Shown here piece by piece: positions 1 through 8,855 of a stretch of DNA of 64,000 nt. The notes under the pieces were generated by a model, which worked only from the letters and a program-made list of their open reading frames with translations, was not told the DNA's origin and made no database searches. The position numbers and the translations under genes are program-made. The DNA lies in NCBI RefSeq assembly GCF_003019035.1, contig NZ_CP027447.1; one strand, 5' to 3'. Origin of the DNA: Escherichia coli. Lineage in GTDB: Bacteria > Pseudomonadota > Gammaproteobacteria > Enterobacterales > Enterobacteriaceae. Position 1 is the stretch's first letter, and each line of letters opens with the position of its first letter.

Positions 1-636
1 TCTGTTAGCCTCAATCTCTACGTCTGTTTCTGTGTCAATGTCTAAATCATCGAGGATTGGCGTATCTAATTTATCATAGTGCAGAGCAATGTGGGATAAT
101 TCATGCATTAATGTAAACCAAAAGTAATCATATCTCGAATATCTTAAACTTAGACCTATGACTGGTGTTTTATTTGGTAAACAAAAGGTACAGCCATCTA
201 ACTTCATACCTTTGAATGATTTTTCAATTATTAGAATAATACCATATTCTTCTTTAAGGATTCTTGAAATATAATGAATAGATTGTACATCCCTGCTCAA
301 ACTTGCAATTATTCCGAGGTTTTCAAAATCCAGATCTGTGAAGACCTTTGTATTTCCTTTTAAATAGGTGTTTAATGACTTTTTTTCTATTAATGATAAC
401 CATAAATTTATGAGTTCAGAATTAGCATCATCTCTTTTTCTAAATAGTTTATTTTTGTTAAATGTTAAATTTTTTGCTACATCAAGTAGGAATTGATTTT
501 CGTTTTCCATTTCTGGTTTACGGGAAATAATATCTTTTATTTTTTTGCTGTTTTTTATCTTTTGGAAATTTAGTAAAATTTCCAAATCAGACTCACTAAA
601 CTGATTTGATACAAAGAAATCTTTCTCATGCGGCAT
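1..636 (-). CDS. ImmA/IrrE-like HEXXH zinc metallopeptidase domain protein, partial (3' end runs off the window)
   Basis: Absent from the ORF track because it is truncated. Manual minus-strand translation from ATG 636..634 gives about 210 codons with no stop, including ...IGLSLRYSRYDYFWFTLMHELSHIALHYDKLDTPILDD... (HELSH at about 105..91). The start overlaps the stop of the upstream ORF by 11 nt. Confidence 0.5.
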   Translation of the reverse strand, partial: MPHEKDFFVSNQFSESDLEILLNFQKIKNSKKIKDIISRKPEMENENQFLLDVAKNLTFNKNKLFRKRDDANSELINLWLSLIEKKSLNTYLKGNTKVFTDLDFENLGIIASLSRDVQSIHYISRILKEEYGIILIIEKSFKGMKLDGCTFCLPNKTPVIGLSLRYSRYDYFWFTLMHELSHIALHYDKLDTPILDDLDIDTETDVEIEANR

Positions 637-1273
637 TTGAAATTCCTCCGAGAGTTGATGCGACAACCTGTGATGCCTCATAAAATCGGAGATTTTCTTT
701 TTCATGGTCGACGCCAAAATCAGTCATGCCAAGATGGTTATAGAAACCCTCTGCACTTGGGAGTGCATGTAGGCAAAAACCAGGTCTATACCCCCAGTTT
801 GAACAGGCATAATTAATTGTATGTTGGATAAGCTCTTTGCCTACTCCACTATATTTAGGGGTAAAGTTAGGACGAGGACGATTCCAGTATGCTGTTGCAA
901 TATAATCCACGTAGAAAATTTTATTATTATCAAATCGACTTTCTTTTGGATGGTAAAGAACACAAACACCTTGAACTGCGTCGTTTATTTGCAGAAAAAA
1001 CCACTGATAATCATCACCATTACATTGCAAAAGCTTGCGGCACCAGTCCCAATGCCAATCAGAAAGGCTGTTATCTGCCAGAATTTTCCTTGCTAACTCG
1101 TTATCAGTGGCCATACCGGGGTTAGCAGTAATTAGAGCTGACAATAAATCAGCACGATAGGCACCCCATTTGCTCTGCAAGTCAACCACTTTAGCATAGT
1201 CAATCCCTACGTGAATTTGGTAATCAACTGATTTTCCTGAACAATTTTCAACGACCATAAGCTCCCTTTCCAT
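626..1273 (-). CDS. GNAT-family acetyltransferase-like protein (215 aa)
   Basis: ORF track. The segment ...KYSGVGKELIQHTINYACS...GFCLHALPSAEGFYNHLGM resembles GNAT motifs A/B (R/K-x-x-G-x-G, then A..FY...G). Its stop overlaps the start of the downstream peptidase-like ORF. Confidence 0.45.
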   Translation of the reverse strand: MERELMVVENCSGKSVDYQIHVGIDYAKVVDLQSKWGAYRADLLSALITANPGMATDNELARKILADNSLSDWHWDWCRKLLQCNGDDYQWFFLQINDAVQGVCVLYHPKESRFDNNKIFYVDYIATAYWNRPRPNFTPKYSGVGKELIQHTINYACSNWGYRPGFCLHALPSAEGFYNHLGMTDFGVDHEKENLRFYEASQVVASTLGGISNAA

Positions 1274-1505
1274 TGTGTCGGCTCATTTTGACTAATAATA
1301 CAACTTTATAGTCTTTAAGAATGCTCTGCTGGTCAAATTTCTTATTTGATCTATAGAAGGCTATGTTTTGAAGCTGGTTGTTAATCTGGTTATGATGTGG
1401 TCATATTAGAATTGGTAAATCAAACCAATTTTGTTGGTATGAATGATGGTATCTTCGCTAATGTAATATGCTTTATTCACTAAAAATCATAAGGATAGTT
1501 GCGAT

Positions 1506-1528
1506 GTTCGAGTCCGGCATCCGCACCA
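1506..1528 (+). other. tRNA 3'-end-like fragment (T-loop GTTCGAGTCC ... ACCA), not a complete tRNA
   Basis: GTTCGAGTCCGGCATCCGCACCA resembles the T-arm/acceptor 3' end of a tRNA (similar to the 3' end of tRNA-Leu leuX as I recall it). The upstream sequence does not form a cloverleaf. A small hairpin plus T-tract follows at about 1546..1568. Confidence 0.3.
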
Positions 1529-2203
1529 CACTGTATGCAAATCGAGTCGCTCAAGAGCGGCTTTTTTTGTGTCTGAAATCACCCATATCCGTGCAGTATA
1601 TAGGCCTGCCAGAAAAGCAATTCAGTATTCTTCATTTTGTAGTCGATGGTCCCAAGTTTGCTCTGGCTGGAAGCTGCATCGTCCACATTACGTGGGCAGG
1701 GTGGTTTCGCTATGCTACTTGAACGTTTTGACCATGTGGCTCAGGTAGCATATCAAAAGACGTCATTTTGTCTCCACGCCCACCTTGGTGAACATTCAAT
1801 AAATAGTTTCGGTCGAGAGCAGTTATGTAGGGCTAGCAGACGAAATGCGCAGACATCTTGTTGAAGACAATTTTACTGACCACCTGAGAACGCTATTCTA
1901 CCGAATAATATTTATTATCTTGGTGAATAATGATGATTACCTGTGTAACTATGGTTTTATGCTGATGGGACCGGCAGTACAATTTCTGTAGTGTACTCGC
2001 AATTTCAGGTCTCTGGCGTTTATTCTGGTGCAAAGGATGTATGTGATGAAAACTTTGCTACCATGCCATTAAATGCGACCAATATCGGATTATCCATCAG
2101 TTGCTTGTTGTAGATTTCATTGGTTATAAAAATGCAAGGTGTAAAAGATGAAATTTATAATTATTAGTTAAGTGGCTAGTTTTATAGTAATTTAGACAAT
2201 AGG

Positions 2204-4252
2204 ATGTATGGAAAAATGGAAAAAGTTTATGATACCACTAGAATTAGTAATCTTGCTAACGACCCGAAACAGTTTTGTTCTTTTTTTTGTGAGTACATAA
2301 AAAGAGATGATATTAGTATAGATATCGCCTTGGATGTGCTGAGAATATCTTCCATCTATTATAATAGATTTTCAGTTCAGACTGAAGTTGAGTATAACAA
2401 TACATTCAAAAAATGTATTAATGAGCTAGTAAACTCATTTCCTGATAACATTGAACTAATCTCTGAGTTCGAGAGTCAATGTAAAATTATGCATGATATA
2501 AATAATTCTTTCTTTGCGGCTACAAAATGTGCTGGTATTTGGCGTAAAAATACAAAAAAATCACATGCATTAATACTTAATCTCATCATGTTTTGTGAGA
2601 TGTTTTTATCATTATTATCATCCTTGGTTGTGGTCAATGATCCTAAAAAAATGAAGAGGATTTTTCCATTGTTTATCGTTTCTGAAAATATTAATATTCA
2701 TGCTGAACCTGATATCGAATATTTTCGAGTTATCGATAGGGCATTTGATGAGGTAGCCAATTACACCGGAAGAATATTTTCTTATTTACGGACTCATGGG
2801 CCATTGAAACTAACTTCTTGTGTGAATAAACAAACCTTGCTTTCAATGGGAGGGTACCTTAATGAGTGGAATGTTTTTGACTCATTAAGCAGAGTAAGAG
2901 ACTTTTTCAGACTAAGTAGTGCAGTATTTACAAAATTGGATAATAACATTTACTCTCTTGAGGTTGATAGTTTTTGTTTATACCGAGATTATGAGATTGC
3001 AAGAAATAGACTAATGATGAGAGCGTCACATCTATATAGCGAAGTTCATGAATTTAGTAACAAACATTTTCATCTAAATAGTTGGGTAAAGGATCATATG
3101 CCATCTTACTTAAATTCTGATGGCGTTTTTAGCTCATTTCATCTAAGCGAGTTGGAAAATATGTCTCCTGATGACCTTCATGAAGAATATGGGAATATAT
3201 CATTATTTAATTGGGTGCACGCTTATCAATGTTTAGTCGAGTTATCTAAAGAAGAAATGAGCAAAAGATTTTCATCGACAAAACCTATACCCCTACAGTT
3301 GGATCGCTGGCTGATCATAAAAAGCCGTGAGAGTTGGTTATCATTCTTTCAACGTAAGGGGATTGCAGTAGATGCAGCAAAAAAACTGATAGATTATTTT
3401 ACCTTCAATTCAAAATCACATGATCTTAATGATTGCCCATTTATTCCCTGTATGGACGGTTTATGCTTAATGCCTGCATTAATAGCAAATAGCTCAGTGA
3501 CTCGCTCTCTAATGTCATTATTTGGTTCCAAAAAAATTTCTCAAGCAAGTAAAGGGCGATTTCATGAGCAACAATTTATAAAACAAGTTCGTGATGCGGG
3601 GATTAAAGCTTCTCCAATTGATGCTCATGCTAATTATCAGTGCGATTGCGTGATTCTCCTGGATGATTGTTTGATTTTTACAGAACTAAAATCAAATGGT
3701 CAACCAATATATTATGGTAAGTACTATCAGCAAGTGTGTAACATCGTTGGAGATAGCTCATTAATACATGATCATAATAATAAATTTATGCGTTCTTATT
3801 TTCAACAAATAAATCGAATTTCTGAACATTATCTTAATCATCTTAATGTGATCATTAAAGAATTCGAACTACCATCAACATGGCAACCCAAAGGTGTGTA
3901 TAAGCTTATTGTTACTACAACTATGCTCGGTGGGAAATATCATGTGGATGATACATATGTAGCGGACAAATATGCATTATCTAGTTTTTTTCAACGAATA
4001 CCTGGAGTGATATATCAAACAAATGAAAATGGAAAAATGGCGAAAAATATCATTGATGGGTTTGAGTGTTGCGAAGGGGAAATCACTATCGATAAGTTTA
4101 TAGATTATCTTTCCTCTTTGCCCAGTATTAATGCTGTACGTAAAAATATAAAAAAATTAACTTATAGTGTTCGATTTAATGAAAAATTAGTCCATCACCC
4201 TTATTATGATTCTTGGGCTTTTGGCCCATATATTCGTAAGGGAAATGATTAG
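2204..4252 (+). CDS. Hypothetical protein, 682 aa, very AT-rich; possible PD-(D/E)XK-type nuclease motif in the C-terminal third
   Basis: Long uninterrupted ORF in the track. N/K/I/F/Y-rich composition, no recognisable Walker motif. The segment ...CDCVILLDDCLIFTELK... fits a hhhD...ExK nuclease-like pattern. A hairpin plus T-tract follows immediately downstream. Confidence 0.6.
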   Translation: MYGKMEKVYDTTRISNLANDPKQFCSFFCEYIKRDDISIDIALDVLRISSIYYNRFSVQTEVEYNNTFKKCINELVNSFPDNIELISEFESQCKIMHDINNSFFAATKCAGIWRKNTKKSHALILNLIMFCEMFLSLLSSLVVVNDPKKMKRIFPLFIVSENINIHAEPDIEYFRVIDRAFDEVANYTGRIFSYLRTHGPLKLTSCVNKQTLLSMGGYLNEWNVFDSLSRVRDFFRLSSAVFTKLDNNIYSLEVDSFCLYRDYEIARNRLMMRASHLYSEVHEFSNKHFHLNSWVKDHMPSYLNSDGVFSSFHLSELENMSPDDLHEEYGNISLFNWVHAYQCLVELSKEEMSKRFSSTKPIPLQLDRWLIIKSRESWLSFFQRKGIAVDAAKKLIDYFTFNSKSHDLNDCPFIPCMDGLCLMPALIANSSVTRSLMSLFGSKKISQASKGRFHEQQFIKQVRDAGIKASPIDAHANYQCDCVILLDDCLIFTELKSNGQPIYYGKYYQQVCNIVGDSSLIHDHNNKFMRSYFQQINRISEHYLNHLNVIIKEFELPSTWQPKGVYKLIVTTTMLGGKYHVDDTYVADKYALSSFFQRIPGVIYQTNENGKMAKNIIDGFECCEGEITIDKFIDYLSSLPSINAVRKNIKKLTYSVRFNEKLVHHPYYDSWAFGPYIRKGND

Positions 4253-4274
4253 AGCAATTTATTATATAGTCCAT

Positions 4275-4331
4275 GTTATTCACTGATTATATTATTGATA
4301 ATATAATCAGTGAATAACTCTAATTTTTTTA
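4275..4331 (+). terminator. Putative intrinsic terminator after the 682-aa ORF
   Basis: 44-nt near-perfect inverted repeat (gttattcactgattatattatt / gataatataatcagtgaataac) followed by T-tract ttttttt at 4325..4331. Confidence 0.45.
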
Positions 4332-4640
4332 ATGTTGGGGTTTAGCCTGAAGTTGAAATTGGTACTACGGAACGGTATGATCATATCGCATCAAAATATC
4401 AAGGTAGTGATGATTTTCTACGCACCGATCCAGAAATGTGGATTTTATCATCACCATAAGCAATGGCAGCGACAACACCATCAATTTCTATATCAAAGGT
4501 GGTAAAATAAATTAGAAAATTGTTTATTTAATCCATTAGCGATAAGTTTTATTGTTATTTAGCCGAGATATATTCCATTGAAAAAAGTAAATTGGCACTG
4601 ATATTATATCAAATGGGAATAATCCTTTTGTAAATAAGCT

Positions 4641-4830
4641 GAGGAATGTGTTAATTCACATCCAGCGCCTTATAAACCGCATCAACCGGTTCTGAGTAAA
4701 AACTTACCTGAAACTTGGTAAACAACTCTGCCGGAACTGTTGGAATATCCATAGCCGAGGATATCGGCAACAGAACTCGTTTTGCGCCGCTATCGAAGGC
4801 GAGTTGTAAACTAGCGGCAAGATCCTGCAC
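4641..4830 (-). pseudogene. Lon-protease-like C-terminal fragment (gene remnant)
   Basis: Minus-strand translation (V)QDLAASLQLAFDSGAKRVLLPISSAMDIPTVPAELFTKFQVSFYSEPVDAVYKALDVN* resembles the extreme C-terminus of Lon/S16 peptidase domains (compare E. coli Lon ...AAHRGGIKTVLIPFENKRDLEEIPDNVIADLDIHPV...EEVLTLAL). Only about 60 codons, with an in-frame stop immediately upstream. Confidence 0.35.
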
Positions 4831-4874
4831 TGATTATGTCAGCAATATTGAACATACTGCGATAGTTATCAACC

Positions 4875-5804
4875 TCACCCCCTAAAAACCTCTTTCCGAT
4901 GCCACTCCACAAATCCCTCATAAGGGTAATTTTTACGTACCTGCGGCAACGCAATAGTTTTCCCGTCAAAATCCCAGAATAGTTTCTCAACGATCCCTCC
5001 GCCGTTTACCGCATCTGATACCAGTACCCGCATATTTTCATCCAGGCCAATCGATCCTTTATCAAAGGCTTTATGGTGTATTGCACAAAGCGCCAGACCA
5101 TTAGGAATTTCACAAGGACCGCCGTGCTGTTTCCATTTTATATGCGCCGCTTCCAGCGCGACGGTGGTGTCGTCGTGGCGCATATTAAAGCCACATATCG
5201 CGCACTGGTAGTTATAAGCGCGTAATACATTTTTGCGAAATAACGGGTCGCGCTGTTTACGGATTTGCTGGAGATCAAAACCCAGTTCGTCAGCAATTTC
5301 TTCCTGAATACTCTCGGTGAAGTGCGCTTCGAGTATCTGTTGCGCCAGAGTATTGATGAGTTTTTTATTGCCAGTTACCAGGGCGTAGTGCTGTTCATCG
5401 AAACCGCCTGCAACGTGGTATTCAGTCAGTTCCTTCACTGGTGGTTGTCGGCTGCTCCCTGCTGTTGAGCAAAGCCCGGCATTGTGTAATTGCCAGAATC
5501 CGTCGCCTTGTAATCGCCAGAACGGCATATCAGGTCGGTACTGTGAACGCTGTGGCCCAAAACGTTCCAGTAAATTGTGCAGAGGTTCGTAGATTTCCGA
5601 TCCATAATCGAAAAGGCGCGGATGCCCATTCAGGTATCCCGCTAATACGTATAGCAGTAACAATGGTTTATGCGGCGCGCGCTGTTCACCCTTGTGCCAG
5701 ATTTTTATATTGGCAATTGCCTGCTGTAGCGATTTACTGGAAGCCATTGATATCCCTGGCAGTGAAATAATTGCGATCATGCTCGCAAATTTTCTGCTGT
5801 TCAA
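4875..5804 (-). CDS. HNH endonuclease domain protein with uncharacterised N-terminal domain (McrA-like architecture)
   Basis: ORF track. C-terminal ...YQCAICGFNMRHDDTTVALEAAHIKWKQHGGPCEIPNGLALCAIHHKAFD... is an HNH signature (C-x2-C ... H ... N ... C-x2-H). The true start may be the internal Met near 5747. Confidence 0.6.
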   Translation of the reverse strand: MNSRKFASMIAIISLPGISMASSKSLQQAIANIKIWHKGEQRAPHKPLLLLYVLAGYLNGHPRLFDYGSEIYEPLHNLLERFGPQRSQYRPDMPFWRLQGDGFWQLHNAGLCSTAGSSRQPPVKELTEYHVAGGFDEQHYALVTGNKKLINTLAQQILEAHFTESIQEEIADELGFDLQQIRKQRDPLFRKNVLRAYNYQCAICGFNMRHDDTTVALEAAHIKWKQHGGPCEIPNGLALCAIHHKAFDKGSIGLDENMRVLVSDAVNGGGIVEKLFWDFDGKTIALPQVRKNYPYEGFVEWHRKEVFRG

Positions 5805-5958
5805 GCCTGCAAGTGAAGATATATTACCTTGATCTCATTTGTTTTTTTGCTGCCTGTGTACCCTAATTGCCATGCGATGTTGCACCGACGCAAACCACCG
5901 TTTACGCCGGAGGAGTTAAAAGCGCTGATGGATGCAAATAAATCAAATTAATGAACGC

Positions 5959-6939
5959 TCACCTTTCGCGCCAAAACCGCAAAATTGCTTCTACAAACCT
6001 GTCAGAAATAATCCCCCGACGGGCTGCCGCGCTGAAATGACTGCTTCGCAGTGCCGTCGTCCAGTTCTCCGGTGACCGGTACGCTGAACCGTAATATCCC
6101 GTGCTTAAATCGTCCGGGTCTTCAACAGGCGCGTTCGTCAGTCCTCTTTCACCTTGTTGCTGGAAGTCGACGAAAATAATATTGGCTAAAACATTATTTT
6201 GATAATTGCCATAAATAGCTTCATACGCATGAGGGAAATTTTCTTTCCAGTACCAGGTGGTATCGCCGCAAAACCACGGCGCGTCAGTAATATTATTAAG
6301 CTGAGAATGGTATTGTTTTAGATCCCTACGAAAGGCTTCAACCATATGATTAAAGTGTTGAGGGTGTGACGCGTAGTCACTGGTCATTAAGTCAAATTCG
6401 CCTTGCATCCAGCATACGCCGAGGAATTTGTTCTGCGGATTTTTTGCCAGTGCGGCTCGCGTTCTGCTGACTAAATCCTGGTATAGCGGAGTATCCGTTC
6501 CCCAACGACAAGCATCATGGCTGGCTCCGTGCCGTTCTGAATATGTCCCTTCGCTGCCCGCGGTAAAAGCCGATCCGCCACGGCAACACGGAACGATGAG
6601 AACCCCTGCATTATCAGGAATGAAGGGCAGTAATTTCCGTGCAATATGCAGTGCCTGGCCAACGGTGCCGTACTGTGTTTGATGATTCGTTGCCAGAGGA
6701 TGGTGATAACCCTGCATATCCTGAACATCGTGTGGGCAGTGAGTCAGTGGAATAATGTCGTTAAAGTGACATGACGGGCCTCCGGGATGCGTATGCGCAA
6801 ATCTCGCTAATTGTTTAATTCTGGGATGAGGCGCATCTTCCCCGTCCGGTAATGGCAGTCCTTCGCCATACGCCATGGCATTAGACTGACCAGCAACGGT
6901 AAGAACATAGTAATAATCGGGCGATATTATCGCGTTCAT
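5959..6939 (-). CDS. nanS: Sialate O-acetylesterase NanS (YjhS)
   Basis: 326-aa ORF matching E. coli NanS in length and remembered sequence; synteny nanS-nanM-nanC. Confidence 0.85.
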   Translation of the reverse strand: MNAIISPDYYYVLTVAGQSNAMAYGEGLPLPDGEDAPHPRIKQLARFAHTHPGGPSCHFNDIIPLTHCPHDVQDMQGYHHPLATNHQTQYGTVGQALHIARKLLPFIPDNAGVLIVPCCRGGSAFTAGSEGTYSERHGASHDACRWGTDTPLYQDLVSRTRAALAKNPQNKFLGVCWMQGEFDLMTSDYASHPQHFNHMVEAFRRDLKQYHSQLNNITDAPWFCGDTTWYWKENFPHAYEAIYGNYQNNVLANIIFVDFQQQGERGLTNAPVEDPDDLSTGYYGSAYRSPENWTTALRSSHFSAAARRGIISDRFVEAILRFWRER

Positions 6940-7003
6940 ATAATTTTCGCGTAATTGAAATGATAAATTGATAGCAGGGCCCCTTTACCGGGGCCCTGAA
7001 GCG

Positions 7004-8110
7004 TTAGTTTTGTACTGTGACTTTATTATCCTTCACAGAAATTAAAACTGAATCCGTCACCGCTTTGCCGCCTGCAGTTTCACCGCCAATAATTAATAAA
7101 CTATTATTCCAGGGCAATGATACTCCGTAGGCCCGACCTTGCGATAATTCACCCGATTTATCCCATTTCCCGTTATGCCAAAGATGAATATCAGTGCTAT
7201 ATGATTTTTTCAGGCCTTCATGCGCATAGTTCTTACCGTTCTGGTAATTTTCTCGTGAACCTTTGAATCCGGCCCCCCCGGCAAATATAAGAGAATCATT
7301 GCTTATCCCCGCAAAACCGCCAGCGACGCCATCTGGTGATGAGACGGGAGCAAGCTTATTCCATTTTAAATTATTACCGGTGAAATCAAGTTCAAATACG
7401 GCATCCGTTCGCAATCCTGGTTTGGCTTCGCCATTAATAAGCCAGGTTTTATCACCTTTATTCACAACCGCCGCACCAGCCGTTCCGTACCAGGGAGATT
7501 CGCCAGCGTAACTCCATTGCTGTGTTGAGGGATCAAAAGACAACAGAAACTTATTGAAGAAATAATCTTCTGCTTTTTTGTCAAAATAGTGGGCGTTGAT
7601 TTTATCTATAGCGGTTGAATCTTTTCCAGCCTCGTTGAGATCTTCAAAATAGCCATTGAAGATATTCTGGTTAACACCGCCAGTAACATAAGCCTTGCCG
7701 TTGTGTACAAAAGTCACATGACCCGCCATGCCCATCGGCGCGTGCGACATCAATTTAACCCAGCTATTGGTTTTGGGGTTGTATTTGTGTACGTCATTAA
7801 ATACCTGAGTCAAGCCCTCGCTGTTTTTGCCAATGCCGCCAAACACATACAGATTGCCATCAATAAATGCCGAGGTTGCTTGATCTCTTGGTCCGCCAGG
7901 GAATGCAGCTAACGCTGTCCATTTTTTATCTTTGGCCTGTGTATCCAGCTTGTACCATGCCGTACCTGCGCTACCTAAACCAATGTAGACAGTGTCGTTA
8001 TCAATTGCTCCGGTACCACTTTTAAATGCCACAGGAGTTTCCGGTAATACAGACGCGTTTGCGGCAAATGAAGCCATCATGATAGCAAGCGCCGTTATTG
8101 TTTTATTCAT
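7004..8110 (-). CDS. nanM: N-acetylneuraminate mutarotase NanM (YjhT)
   Basis: ORF track 7004..8218; start trimmed to the internal Met MNKTITALAIMM... (signal peptide), giving 368 aa as in K-12. Confidence 0.85.
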   Translation of the reverse strand: MNKTITALAIMMASFAANASVLPETPVAFKSGTGAIDNDTVYIGLGSAGTAWYKLDTQAKDKKWTALAAFPGGPRDQATSAFIDGNLYVFGGIGKNSEGLTQVFNDVHKYNPKTNSWVKLMSHAPMGMAGHVTFVHNGKAYVTGGVNQNIFNGYFEDLNEAGKDSTAIDKINAHYFDKKAEDYFFNKFLLSFDPSTQQWSYAGESPWYGTAGAAVVNKGDKTWLINGEAKPGLRTDAVFELDFTGNNLKWNKLAPVSSPDGVAGGFAGISNDSLIFAGGAGFKGSRENYQNGKNYAHEGLKKSYSTDIHLWHNGKWDKSGELSQGRAYGVSLPWNNSLLIIGGETAGGKAVTDSVLISVKDNKVTVQN

Positions 8111-8129
8111 TGTGACTGTCTCCTGTCTA

Positions 8130-8855
8130 CTACAGTTTAAATGACACACCAATGCGATAACTGTTTTCCGATAAATTATCTCTGCCGTTGTAAACACCCT
8201 GACGGTCCAGGTAGTCATATTCTATGTATGGCGTAATATCGGGCGTCATATGGTATTGTAGAACAAATGCATTTTCCGTCGCCCATTTCTTGTGGTTTGC
8301 ATAGCGATAATCGTTCTGTTTGCTGTATAGCGTCGTTTGCCATGCGAAGGTGAAATCACTATTAATATGGTAAGTGACATATCCATCCCAACGATGAACG
8401 TTATCACGAGACATATCACCGGATAAGTCTTGTTGTCGGTAAGCTTTCCAGTCGTAACGATAGCGAATGCCAAAATTAAGATCTTTTGTCGCGTCCCAGG
8501 ACAGTTTTACGTAGGGTCCGTAGCGTGTGCCGTTGCTGCTAAAATGCGTTAACATTCCCGGGCGCACCGTCCATTGATCATCAAGTTTAATCGCGTAATT
8601 AACTTCAACCTGAACATCATTGAGTGCGGCATTTTCCTTTTTATTATCATGAATGGTATTCCAGGTATTACTTTCCATGCTTGCCCACCATCCATTTTGC
8701 CATCCCTCACTGACTTTGAGTCGAGTCTCATAGGCGTGGCTTCCACTACGATATCCACCACGTACGTCCAGTGTCGCAGCCTGAGAAATTAATGGTGACG
8801 AAAAGCACAGTAATAATACGCCAGAAAGTATTTTAGCCTTTTTCATAAATTTCAC
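8130..8855 (-). CDS. nanC: N-acetylneuraminic acid outer-membrane channel NanC (YjhA)
   Basis: ORF track; signal peptide, beta-barrel-like alternating pattern, C-terminal F-K-L. The true start may be 9 nt downstream (MKKAKILSG...). Confidence 0.8.
   Translation of the reverse strand: MKFMKKAKILSGVLLLCFSSPLISQAATLDVRGGYRSGSHAYETRLKVSEGWQNGWWASMESNTWNTIHDNKKENAALNDVQVEVNYAIKLDDQWTVRPGMLTHFSSNGTRYGPYVKLSWDATKDLNFGIRYRYDWKAYRQQDLSGDMSRDNVHRWDGYVTYHINSDFTFAWQTTLYSKQNDYRYANHKKWATENAFVLQYHMTPDITPYIEYDYLDRQGVYNGRDNLSENSYRIGVSFKL

Noticed and set aside
1506-1528. Possible complete tRNA gene
   Set aside because: Only the T-loop and 3' acceptor segment are tRNA-like. The upstream 50 nt cannot form acceptor, D and anticodon stems, so I call it a fragment, not a tRNA gene.
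1468-1864. Two overlapping small plus-strand ORFs (84 and 72 aa)
   Set aside because: They overlap the tRNA-like fragment and terminator-like hairpin. They have no RBS and atypical composition, so they are more likely non-coding junction sequence.
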